This document shows positions 37,500-49,130 of a stretch of DNA of 64,000 bases, piece by piece; within the stretch, counting starts at the first letter, position 1, and each line of letters begins with the position of its first letter. The translations under genes were made by a program, and so were the position numbers. The stretch is taken from positions 6,001,078 to 6,065,077 of the forward strand of contig MU054001.1 in the NCBI GenBank assembly GCA_013239625.1. The letters are read 5' to 3'. This DNA is from Lama guanicoe. Its lineage: Eukaryota. The notes beneath the pieces were generated by a model. It saw only the letters and a program-made list of their open reading frames with translations. It had not been told where the DNA came from and searched no databases.

Positions 37500-38770
37500 A
37501 TAGTTAGAGCATTATGGCAGTCTAGGATGTTCCAGGCTCCCCATCCCCCACAGAAACAGTGAATTAACAACAAACATGGACCATAATACCTTTGTGAGAA
37601 CTCTAAAGACAACTGAGAACCTACAGCACCCAGGCCAATGTAAAACCAAGGCAGAATTCCAGAGAAAGAGGTACAAAAATGTGTGGCATTTTGCATAACC
37701 ATTCTTCCCCTTTCCTCTACACAGCTTAGCAAGGCACCCTCCCCTGCCCCCAGTACCAGGAGTTTTAATTTGGGTCTGAAACAAAAGACAGGACTGTGCA
37801 TCCAACATTCTGATTTGCCTGGGGGCTGCCTGAGAGACTAGTTTCTATTTGGCCTGTCTTGGGATACTGATGAGACTGGTGCCAGAGTTTGGAAGCTGCT
37901 GAAAAAATAAGCAAGTATTATAGGACATTATAGCTGCAGTTCTTCAGGCAGACATCAAGAGGAACAAAAGATTACAAAAGGCTTGAAAGGTCCTATAGCC
38001 TGTAGCCAGGCTGATTGTGAAGTTCTTTCCCTGAAGAAAGCCAGTCCATAAAGACTGGGAGAGGTGGCTGCATATTCAAATGCCCAAATCTCAGGAAAGG
38101 TCACAAGGCATACAAAGAAACAGAGAGATACATCTCAAACAAAAGAAACAAATAAAACTCCAGAAATAGACCCTAAAGAAATGAAGATCCATAAGCTGCC
38201 TGTCACAGAATTTAAAATGACTGTTGTAAAGATGCTCAATGAACTGAAAAATAAAACAAATATATACCTAAATGAAATAAGAAAACCAATGTATAAATAA
38301 AATGAGAATATCAATAAAGAGATAGAAACTATTAAGAAGAACCAAATAGAAATTATGGAGCTGAAAATTACAATAACTGAATTGAAATTTTTACTAGAGA
38401 GGTTCAATAACACACTTGGTCAACAGAAGAAAGAATCTGCGAACTTGAAGACAGGTCACTGAAAATCAAAAAGAACAAAGAAAAGTGAAGAGAGCTTAAG
38501 GGATTTATGAGATACTAGAAAGTAGAAAATATATATTCGTTACACCATAAAGTAGATCAATGTATACATTATGGAATCTCAGAAGCAGAAGAGATAAAAG
38601 GGCAGAAAGCTTGTTTGAAGAAACAATGGCTGAAAACTCCTCAAGTATGTGGAAAGAAATGACATACATTTTCAAGAAACTTAAAGAACTCCAGCTAGGT
38701 TGAAATAAAAAAGACCCAGTTAATGTGTTACATTCTAACCAAACTGTCAATAGTCAACAACAAAGAGAGA
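37500..38770 (+). mobile_element. Older L1 5' UTR plus decayed ORF1
   Basis: ORF1-like translation (QTKETNKTPEIDPKEMKIHKLPVTEFKMTVVKMLNELK), coiled-coil A-rich region, ends at KERI. Confidence 0.85.
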
Positions 38771-39242
38771 ATCTTTTTAAATTGGAGTGTAGTTGATTTA
38801 CAATATCGTGTTAGATTCAAGTGTGCAATGAAGTGATTCAGATATATATATACACCAAACAAATCTGGTATATACACCAATCTGGTATATATACCAGATC
38901 ATTTCCATTTTAGGTTATTACAAAATGTTGAATACAGTTCCCTGTGCTGTACAGTAAATGCTTGTTGTTTATTTTATATATAATAGTGTTTATCTGTTAA
39001 TTCCACACTCTAATTTATGCCTCCCCCTCCTTTCCCCTTTGGTAATCATAAATTCATTTTCTATGTCTGTGATTCAGTTTCTGTTTTGTAAATAAATTTA
39101 TTTGTATTATTTTTTTAGATTCCATGTGCAAGTGATCATATAGTTGTCTTTCCCTGTCTGACTTACTTCACTTAGTATGATAATCCCTAGGTCCATCCAT
39201 GCTGCTGCAAATGACATTATTTCATCCTTTTTTATGGCCAAC

Positions 39243-39294
<52 letters not shown>

Positions 39295-39480
39295 CACATG
39301 TTATTTATTAAATCTTCTGTTGATGGACACTTAGGTTGCTACCATGTCATGGCTATTGTAAATAATGCTGCTATGAACATTGAGTTGCATGCATCTTTTC
39401 AAGTTAGAGCTTATGTCTTTTCTGGGTATATGGCCAAGAGTGGGATTGCTGGATCATATGATAACTCTATTTTTAGTTTT

Positions 39481-39990
39481 TTTTTTTTTTAACATTTTTA
39501 TTGTTTCATANNNNNNNNNNNNNNNNNNNNNNNNNNNNNNNNNNNNNNNNNNNNNNNNNNNNNNNNNNNNNNNNNNNNNNNNNNNNNNNNNNNNNNNNNN
39601 NNNNNNNNNNNNNNNNNNNNNNNNNNNNNNNNNNNNNNNNNNNNNNNNNNNNNNNNNNNNNNNNNNNNNNNNNNNNNNNNNNNNNNNNNNNNNNNNNNNN
39701 NNNNNNNNNNNNNNNNNNNNNNNNNNNNCCCCGGTAACCACAAGTCTGTATTCTCTGTCCATGAGTCCATTTCTGTCCTGTATTTATGCTTTGTTTTTGT
39801 TTGTTTGTTTGTTTTTGTTTTTTAGATTCCACATATGAGCGATCTCATATGGTATTTTTCTTTCTCTTTCTGGCTTACTTCACTTAGAATGACATTCTCT
39901 AGGAGCATCCATGTTGCTGCAAATGGCATTATGTTGTCGGTTTTTATGGCTGAGTAGTATTCCATTGTATAAGTATACCACATCTTCTTT
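39481..39990 (-). mobile_element. Young camelid-type L1 3' end nested in the previous L1; contains the assembly gap
   Basis: Poly-T at 39477-39490; [16 protein letters not shown]...EKEKYHMRSLICGI; TSD AACTCTATTTTTAGTTTT (39463-39480 / 39991-40008). Confidence 0.9.
39511..39728. other. Assembly gap (218 N)
   Basis: Run of N. Confidence 1.
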
Positions 39991-40799
39991 AACTCTATTT
40001 TTAGTTTTTTAAGTAACCTCCATACTGTTCTCCACAGTGGCTGTGCCAAGTTACAGTCTCAACAATGGAGAGTTCCCTTTTCTCAACACCCTCTCCAGCA
40101 TCTATTGTTTGTAGACTTTGGATGATGGCTATTCTGACACGTGTGTGTTGATACCTTATTGTTGTTTTGATTTGCATTTCTCTAATAATTAGTAATGTTG
40201 AGCATCTTTTCATTTGCCTGTTGGCCATCTATATATCTTCTTTGGATAAATGTCTATTTAGGCCTTCTGCTCATTTTTTATTGGATTATTTTTGGTTTTT
40301 GATATTGAGTTGTATGAGCTGCTTTTATACTTTGGAAATTAAGCCCTTGTCAATTGCATTATTTGCAAATATTTTCTCCCATTCCATGGGTTGTCTTCTT
40401 CTGTCCCTTTTAATGCTTTTGGCCCACTCTCTAATGACTGCATATTCACAGTATAGGCTACTATATTTGTTTAGCCAATTCTCTATGGGTAGATATTTGA
40501 ATTGTTTCCAATATTTGCTATCTTCAACAATGCTCTTTATCTTAAATCTGTTGAGGCATATTACTTTCAACTCTGTTTTGTTGATGGAGGTTAAGAAAAA
40601 ACATAAACTGATGTGTTTTTAAAACATTATGAGATTTTTTATTAGTCAAGATCCTAAGGGATGTGTGTTATGCTTTTTAAAATCAAACTTTCTCCACTGT
40701 TGAACTACCTCTACAATTCTTGACACTTGGGAATCAATTTTACTACCATATTATTAAAACTAGAGGCAGCAAAATAAATTTTGTTGAACAGCTTTCTTT

Positions 40800-41060
40800 A
40801 AGTTAAAATTTTAATACTAGTGATAAGTGTACAGAATGATTCACCAGATAACTGAGAGCAAACTAAGAGTATTTGGAATAGAAGAAATCTTGCAGATGGT
40901 ACAAAGACAATTTTGACATTTAATCCAACAGCATAAAACTGAATGAGATCAGAGGGACTTTGAAATTACACTTCCATATGGCTGCTGTTATAGAAAGTCA
41001 CCAGGGAACGTTATCAAGTTTGCTGAACACTACTTATAATAAAACATTACTGTCATCCAA
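40800..41060 (+). mobile_element. Possible ancient CR1/L3-type LINE RT remnant
   Basis: HQITESKLRVFGIE from 40842 resembles CR1 HxxLxxKLxxxGI; VIKFAEH at 41010-41030 resembles xxKFADDT. Confidence 0.4.
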
Positions 41061-42334
41061 GGAAGGAAGAAAAATCATTGATTGCAAAGATTGATACTCC
41101 ATTGCTGTAATTCAAATGAAATCACTGGCATATTTGTCACACTGTGGAGAATACCATCTCCAGCCTTTTCCCAACAAATTATTAATGGGGGATTGGAGAT
41201 TATTTGATAAAGGCCTGAAGGAGAGCTACTCTGAGCAAAACAAATTTCAGTGAAACTCTGAGAAGCAGGTGCGGATGAATAAAACATCGCAGTGGTGGCG
41301 TACAATGAGGTGTATAGACGATTTTGGACATGCAGCTTGTGTGGACTGATTTCAGTGACACAGCCCATTCTGGGTGAAGAAAAATAAAACAATCATAGAC
41401 TTTAAAAAGGAGATTTCCTGCTAGGGAATCTCTAAATGATTTTTTTTTAAATATGGCATTTCTCTTACAGTGATTCCTGCCTTTGAGATGCAAGTCAGGT
41501 CAACGAAGAATTCAAGGTAAGAATAGAAATGGTCCTGGTGAAAGTATATTCCATACTTATCTTCTGGGATAAAATTCAATTAGGTTCTCCCCTCGGATCA
41601 GAAATCACTCTAGATCTTTATGCTTAGATCCTATCACACCTGTAGAACGCCTATCAGGTGGAGGAGCAATCTCAAAGAACTATTAGAAAAACACACTAAA
41701 ACTCATTTACCAACCAAAGTTTTCAATGTCCAGTGCTTTTGGTGGGAGGATTTCTCTGGCTTTTTGAAATCCATGTCATTTTGTCCTTAGTGGATGTAAG
41801 TTGCCTCTTTTTCTTGCAAAGTTGAATTAGCAGTAATTTATTGGCAGTGTTAATGTGGTTGTGATACACCTTTAAATTATGGGCCATCACAATGCAGGTA
41901 CCACCCCAACACTAAGGCTGTCCCATCATCCTCTGTGGCCAAAGTTCCCCACTGTGTAAATGACAGGTGAGATGGGTGGAATCTAAGGGCTCTTGTGGAT
42001 TTTATAGTCAGCACAAATAAGAGGCTTCACACTGTATAAACATCCACATCCTCTTAAACCCTGAACATGTGAGTAACAAGCTCATTCTTCTGTGTTCACT
42101 CGCAGCATTGAAAAACATCTTAAGATATTTTGGTCAAAAGGCCTTAGATTTAGTATCAAAAGACCAGTTAACTAGTTCTTAGCAGTGTTAACATTGTCAC
42201 ATTTCCAAACGGAAATAATAAAAAGTGTGAATAGTAGTTGACCATTCAGTTTCCTGTATACATTATCTCATTTGATCCTCGTAAGACTTTTATGGCCCCA
42301 TTTCTTTTGCATCAACAACTTAAAACTTTTGTTC

Positions 42335-42525
42335 GAGGGTAGATTTTTAAGGGCACAATGCAGTATTTTTTATCTATAGGCACAATGTCATACAGCAGAT
42401 TTCTACAGTTTACGTACATTATACATAACTGAAATTTTATGCCTGTTAATTAGCAATCCCCCATCTCCCCATCCCCAAAGTTCCTGGCAATCACCATTCT
42501 ATTCTTTGCTTCCATGGATTTACTC
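42335..42525 (-). mobile_element. L1MA-like 3' end fragment inserted in a MIR
   Basis: TATCTATAGGCACAATGTCATACAGCAGATTTCTA...ATAACTGAAATTTTATGCC...CCTGGCAATCACCATTCTATTCT. Confidence 0.75.
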
Positions 42526-43974
42526 CCTCTTTATATATGAAGAAACCAAGCTTTTAAGATGTAAGTAATTCAGACCATACAACCAACAAGTGGAGAAGTC
42601 AGAGTTTGAGCCCATATTGACTCCAAAGGCCAGTATTTCCATGACACCTCACTACTCATGAAAGGAGGTGGGCTGTTGTAAAAGTACTAATGGCTAACTT
42701 TTAGGGGGGAGTTTCTATGTGCCAGAAACTATGCTAAGAACTGCCACATGTCAATTCCATATCAAAAGCTTGTTAAGAAAATGGTATCATTGGCTCCATT
42801 TTACAGAGGAGGAAACACACTTGTAGAGCTAGAAAATCAGACCTGGGAACCTAATCAGGCAAATTGGATCCTGAAATCCAGTCATGAAACCACTGAACGC
42901 GTTGCTTCCTTCCAAAGGTAAAAAGGAAGCAGGTAACATTACCTGTTCCCACAACACTCACGGGCATGGTTATTCACATCAAATTATTCCCCCAGAGAAA
43001 ACTGGTCTTGCTCTCCCTGACAGTGTCCTAAAGCAATGTGACTTTGGTACTGACCCTGAGGACACAAGGCTCCACTGAGGCTGAAATGCCTGCCTTGGAC
43101 CACAGCCCCATGGCTTTCCCTTCTGAACACAACACACAGCTGAGTTCACTGTACCTCAAAGGGAAAAACTACAATGAAGTTTGAGAAGTTCTAGGAAACA
43201 GTAGAAATGGAAATCCAAATGATCACAGATTATTAAAGGAGCCTAGTGTGAGGTTACCTTGGTGACCAAATCCCACTACAAGATTTAGGGGACCACCAGA
43301 GCCTTGAAAGGATGTCTTATTGTACAATCTCTCCACCTTTGAGGCATGTGCTCCTAGCTGCAGCACTCTCCACAGCACTTTGCCACATTCAATTTCTCTC
43401 ACTCATTTCCAACCTCATTCATTGATGGCTTTGCTATTTGGCTCAAGTCCATCATCCTTTCCCATGGTCCAGTCTATTAGATCAATATGCCCATGAAATT
43501 CTATTATTTAAGCTTGTTCACTCAACAACCCTCCACCAGATCTATTCTCCAACTTCATGGAGATCTCTAGCCATTGACTCTTACCTTTTTTCACCTTCTC
43601 CATCAGTCTCCTCCTCTTCTCTCGATGTCAGCTAGACCCTAAGTCCATAACTACTGCCTAAACTTTCCCTCTCTTCTGTCCTTTCAAAGCACCTACCCCG
43701 ACTCCAGCCCCAAATGACTGCTTTCTCCATGGCTGCATCCGGACTGTTGACACCACTAGCGACAATTACACAAGTTGGCTCACTGGTACCACTAGAAACT
43801 CGTGGTCACCAACCTCACCTGTCCAGGAAGCCTGCTGTGTTTTCCTGGTCAGTTCATATTCCTATTATTTTTAACATTTTCTCCTCTTCTTAAATCCCAG
43901 ATTCCCTTGCCTCTTCACTTACTGTTTATCCTTAAAACCAAACCCACAAATGTTCCTGTACCAGCACTGCAGCA

Positions 43975-44440
43975 TCTGTTAATGGGGCTCCATCCAGGTA
44001 TCCTTTACGGGTAGGTGCACACATTCCCTAGCTGCCAGGGGAGTTGGCTGCTAATAGCTCACTCCTACACCCTTCTCTAAATGATTGCCCTTGGATTATG
44101 GAAGCCGCCTCACCCAGAGATGCCTGGGAGGTTATGGACCTCACTCCACTTCCAAGAGAGCAGCCGATGGCTAATGACTGCCTGATGCAGGGATATCGAG
44201 GTTCAGCCTCCTTGCCTCAAAGACAGACAAACTGAGCAGGAGCAGCTCATGCACTAGAGTTCCCTGAGGGGTTGGGCTGAGGCTGGATTTCTGAAACCAA
44301 ACTTTTGCTTAGCTTTTGCGCTGCAACCTCCTGCTTCCTATGCTTCCTTACATGTTTTTCTTGAGAACACTCCCTCAGTAAATCACCTGCACAAAAATCC
44401 CCGTATTGAGCTCTGCTTGTGGGGAACTTGACATAAGATA
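43975..44440 (+). mobile_element. ERVL solo LTR (LTR16-like)
   Basis: GCCGCCTCACCCAGAGATGCCTGGGAGGTTATG...GGCTAATGACTG...CACTCCCTCAGTAAATCACCTGCACAAAAATCCC...CTCTGCTTGTGGGGAACTTGACATAAGA. Confidence 0.75.
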
Positions 44441-45069
44441 CCTATTGACTCTCTTTTTCCTCCTTTCCTCCTGCTGGAACTGAGTGATCGCTGCTCTTAT
44501 TCAAGGTCAATGCCTCCTCCTGTGTTCTGGACCCTGTGCTGGTCTGTCTTCCCAGGAACCCTGCACAATCTATAGTCCTTTCTCTTTTTCTTGGCTCCTT
44601 CCCATCAGGACTGAAGCAGGCTCAAGCCTCTCCCATCTTAAAAACGAAGCCTTCCTTCAACCTACCCCCTTTACAGCAACTGCCTCCCTCCTTCTCTCTT
44701 CTTTTTATGTAATTTTTTTCATGGTTATATTTCTCCTTCCTATGGAGACTATAAAGGGTCCACATTATGGAAAGATTAGAGATTATGGAGAACTCAAGAT
44801 AAGGCCAGAAGGGAGCCCTTTCGAGCACTCTTGTTATTTTGAGCCTTTCTGGCATATGAGCTGGTGAATGCTGCCCCACATGTTTACATGTATCTCCTCC
44901 ATTTCCTCACCTCCTACTCTTTTCTTAACCCACTGCAATCTGGTTTCCTCCCCTGCCACTTTGCCTCTGACCTCTGCACTGGTAAATCTCATGGACACCT
45001 TTCAGTTCCCATCCTACTCGATTCTTTTCTCTGTCTTTGGCACATTGCATTTTCTTGGCCTCTCTCTCT

Positions 45070-45190
45070 CCTTCCCTTTTCTTCTCCTTCTCCTTCTTTT
45101 TTTAGTGGAGGTACTGGGGATTGAACCCAGGACCTTGTGCATGCTAAGCACGTGCTCTACCAATGAGCTGTACCCTCCTCCCCCACCCAC
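45070..45190 (-). mobile_element. vic-1-type SINE
   Basis: Reverse complement GGGGAGGAGGGTACAGCTCATTGGTAGAGCACGTGCTTAGCATGCACAAGGTCCTGGGTTCAATCCCCAGTACCTCCA; TSD TCTTGGCCTCTCTCTCT (45053-45069) / TCTTGGCTTCTCTCTCT (45191-45207). Confidence 0.92.
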
Positions 45191-45704
45191 TCTTGGCTTC
45201 TCTCTCTTTGTGTTCCCCCTGCGTGTCCAGCTGCTCCCTTCTGGCTCTGCATGTGCCCTAAGCAACTATATGCATTTCCAAGGCTTTAATTACCATCTCC
45301 ATACAACGGATTCCCAAATATTCAGCCCAGGCCTTTCCTCTGATTTCCAGACTCATATATTCAACAGACTTTGCCACATCTCTAAGTGGGTACTTTAAAT
45401 ATGCTTTAAACAGAATATGTCCAGAATCAAATGCATAATTTTTCTACCCAAACTGCTCCAACTCCAATTTGATAGCCTTAAGAAATAGCACCACCACCCA
45501 CATCATTTCTCAAGTCAATAATTTATGAGTCACTTCTTATTCCTCCCCAACCTTATACTCGATCAATCACTGAGTCTTATTAATTCAACCTCTTAAATGT
45601 CTCTCAGATATACCCCTTTCTACATACTTCCCCACGTCAGGATGCTAGTTTAGCAATCGTTTCTTGTCTAAAGTATTGCGATAATCTCTGTATCTCTCTA
45701 ATCT

Positions 45705-46210
45705 CTCTATCAATTGGGGGTTAGTTGCAGGAAGTAGAAACCACTTTAGCTTTTACATATAAAGGGATTTAATATAGAAAATGAGGTGCTTGCTCTGTCC
45801 TGGAAGGGCTGGAAGGGTCTGGACTGAGCTTCCAGAAATAACATTCAGAGCAACACAACAGAATGAGCCCAGCAGAGGAACTGCTCCCCTGCCACTGTCA
45901 GGAAGGTGGAGATTCAGGGAGCCATCACTGGAAATTCTCACTCTGAGAACATCGTGTTAGATGTGGCCCTAGGTCACAAAGGCAGTGAAGCTGCCTCTTG
46001 TCACCATTGTGTTGGTACCTGACACTGGCTTCAGAGAGAGCCGATAGCCGTGGCCAGTCTTGTCAGCTGGGACCACCTTCTGAATCTCCCAGATGCATGT
46101 AACTGACTACAGAAGCAGATGTGTTCTGCATCCTCTGCCATACAGGAAGGCCTGTTTGAGGGAGGCTGGACTGGACACTGAACCAGTCAGTCCCCCATAT
46201 CTGCCACAAT
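45705..46210 (-). mobile_element. Old MaLR LTR (MLT1-type), antisense
   Basis: TTAGTTGCAGGAAGTAGAAACCACTTTAGC...AAAGGGATTTAATATAG...ATATCTGCCACA. Confidence 0.55.
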
Positions 46211-47069
46211 CTTCCCACAAACACCCTCATATTTCCTCTTCCTCTCCATTCCGTTTTCCTCTCTCCTGCCAGACAACGCTTTAAAAAGCACAGGACAGAT
46301 CAGGAACTTCTCCTTAAAACTCACTGATGGTTTCCCATTGCTTTAAAAATATAATACAAATTCTTCATTGTGGTCTACAAGTCCATACATGGTGTTTATC
46401 ATGTACTTATAATGAGCCAGGCACTGGGCCAAGTGATTTTTGTGGGTTATCTCATGTAATCCTCAAAATAAGCCTATGAGTCAGGTACATTATCCTGGCT
46501 TTACAGATGAACCAACTTAGAGAGAGCAACTTCTCAAGGTCACCCTAATTTAGGGGGCAGGCAGCCCATGCACTCAGCTCTGTGTTGCACTGTCCCCATC
46601 AAGACAGGCCCCAGCAATGTCCTCAGCCTCGTTGTTTATCACCACCTCCCTCAATCCTTATGCTCTGCCCGGGCTGGCCAGCCTCAGTTCTAGAACATGC
46701 TGTGCTCTCTTTTGCCTCCAAAAACTGAATTTATTGGTCTCATCTTTAGAAATTCTTCCCCCTTTTTTTCTGTAGCTCATGTCTGTTTATTCTTCAGGAC
46801 AACTCAGCCAAATACCCTTCCTCTGAGAAGCCTCTCCTGACCCCCTGGAGGACTCTGAGTCTCCTGATTACCCCCTCTAAGGGTACCAGTCACCACCGCA
46901 TTGCCTCAACCGCGGCACTTCACACACTTGGAATTATCCACCAAATCATCTCATTATTCTTTACTCAGTGTTTGTCTTCCTCACTTGTGCCTGTCATGTT
47001 CATCACGTTCCCATGTGCCTAGAATTTCACCTGCTATGAAATATTTATAAACTGACTAAGGGGAATGAA

Positions 47070-47241
47070 GTTTTTTTAACTTTTTTTTTATTGAGTTATA
47101 GTCAGTCTACAGTGTTGTGTCAATTTCCAGGGTAGAGCACAATTTTTCAGTTGTACGTGAACATACACGTATTCATTGTCACATTCTTTTTTGCCTGAGC
47201 TGCCACAAGATCTTGTATATATTTCCCTGTGTTATACAGTG
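47070..47241 (-). mobile_element. Short young L1 3' end (about 170 bp)
   Basis: Poly-T then TTATTGAGTTATAGTCAGTCTACAGTGTTGTGTCAATTTCC...CCCTGTGTTATACAG; exact TSD TAAGGGGAATGAA (47057-47069 / 47242-47254). Confidence 0.9.
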
Positions 47242-48429
47242 TAAGGGGAATGAAAATTTTTAAACTTGTTACCTGAAATAAGAATGACAAAAATAAAAAT
47301 AGCTCAACAAAAAGTATGGACAAATTCACCCTGAAAAACGGAAAGAGGCATGACTAAGAGAAAGAGGAAAGGTTGCAGGTCCCATCAACCTCTTGGGTCC
47401 ATTTAGGAGCAGAAAGCAAGGGGAGACAGAAAAGGGACTGCAGTGTGACTGGATCCCCAGATCCACAGTGTTATATTTCCAGGAGGATGCGGGACAACAG
47501 AGAGGTTTATATTTCACACCATGTGGCCAAACTTCATAAATACTCTCTTTAAATATCTCTGCTTTGTCCCCAAAGTTCTCTCCAGATGCCAGACAACTGA
47601 CTTCCCCTTTCTCCTCCAGAGTAGCCTTTCCCCCTCCGAGCAGCCCTTCCCACGACGTCCCCAACCAGGCTAGACCCAGCCTCCCTCCCACAGAGGCTCC
47701 CCAGCGTCTGTGTTGTCCCTGTCTTTCTTTGGGTAGGACAGTGAGATTCATGCTCTTAGAGTCACCAGGGAGCATCCTCACGCTCTGCCCCTGTTCAATA
47801 ACAAACCTCTGTCTTGGGATCTACCTCCCCTAGAAGGCAGGCTGGATTGTAAATACAGTGAGGCTATCGGGGGGATATTAAACCAGTGTAGCTTTTGCCC
47901 CTGCGAACCCTTCTTTCCTGGTCATTGTGAGCGCCCACATTAAGAACCACACCCAACAGGCTCAGATCACAGAGTTTCTTCCATGATGTAGCAAGGATAC
48001 CTCCCCTTCCACCGTGAAGTCTGAGCCCTGAGACTCAGTGCCCTGGGAAACAGGGTAAGTGCTTTCCAAAGGAAGTGTGAGATGAACTCCTTCTGCCATA
48101 AGGAAGTGTGGGAAGAAGCAGGGGGAAGATGTCAGACACGTGTCCCCACTATCTTCTTCATTGGGTGGCAGATTCGCTGGGGTTGGTAGAAACATCCTGA
48201 TAGGTAAGGGGGAGCCAAGATCATCATGGAGCTGCGGGTTGGAAGGAATCCCACCTCAGTGGGCATTGCCTGGGAAACGCCACGTACATGGCCACGCCCC
48301 TGTGGCACAGGGAGGATGCAGCAACTCAGAGTGAGGGGTCAGACAGGGTACCCTGCAGTGGCATTCCTGGACCTCAGGCCTGTGTGTGGGCTTCAGGGGG
48401 CCTGGAACTTCCCATATGTCCTGTGAAGG

Positions 48430-49130
48430 AGATATTCTTTTTCACCAAAAATTACTATAAGATATTGAATATAGTTCCCTGTGCTATACAGAATAAACTT
48501 GTTGTTTATCTATATTATATATAGTAGTTAGTATCTGCAAATCTCAACTCCACATTTATCCTTTCCCAACCCCTTTCCCCCTCTGGTAACCATAAGCTTG
48601 TTTTCTATGTCTGTGTATCTGTTTCTGTTTTGTAAATAAGTCTGTTTGTCTTTTTCTTTTTCTTTTTCTTTTTTTGTTAGATTTCACATATAAGTGATAT
48701 CATGTGGTATTTTTCTTTCCCTTCTGGCTTACTTCACTTAGAATGACATTCTCCAGGTCCATCCATGTTGCTGCAAATGGCACTATTTTATTCTTTTTCA
48801 TGACTGAGTAGTATTCTGTTGTATAAATACACCAAAACTTCTTTATCCAGTCTTCTGTCAATGGACATTTAGGTTATTTCCATGTCTTGGCTATTGTAAA
48901 TAGTGCTGCTATGAACATTGGGGTAAACTTGTCTTTTTGAATTTAAGATTCCCTCTGAATATATGCCCAGGAGTGGGGTTGCTGGATCATATGTTAAATC
49001 TACTCTTAGTCTTTTGAGGAATCTCCATACTGTTTTCCACAGTGGCTGCACCAAACAGCATTCCCACCAGCAGTGTAGGAGGGCTCCCTTTTCTCCACAG
49101 CCTCTCCAGCATTTATTGTTTGCAGGCTTT
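48430..49130 (-). mobile_element. Young L1 3' region lacking its extreme 3' end and poly-A
   Basis: [35 protein letters not shown] on - strand; 3' UTR closely resembles 11140-11900. Confidence 0.9.

Larger units (their letters stand above)
38771..40410 (-). mobile_element. L1 3' region (ORF2 C-terminus plus 3' UTR), interrupted by a younger L1
   Basis: [34 protein letters not shown] on - strand; antisense 3' UTR starts at 38771; (AT)n at 39249-39292. Confidence 0.9.
43380..47055 (+). mobile_element. Long fragmented L2 LINE, interrupted by an LTR16-like LTR, a vic-1 SINE, an MLT1-like LTR and a MIR
   Basis: RT remnant FLNPLQSGFLPCH...SDL...KSHGHLSVPILLD at 44920-45020 matches the L2 NPLQSGF..H...DL...SVLILLD pattern; L2 3' motifs near 46800-47050. 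Confidence 0.8.

Noticed and set aside
39380..39838. ORFs spanning X runs
   Set aside because: Artefacts of the N gap.
45107..45185. tRNA-Ala(AGC)-like genes here and at 3797-3873, 3897-3970 and 25870-25940
   Set aside because: They have A-rich tails, mispaired stems and, in at least two cases, clear TSDs, so they are SINEs rather than tRNA genes.
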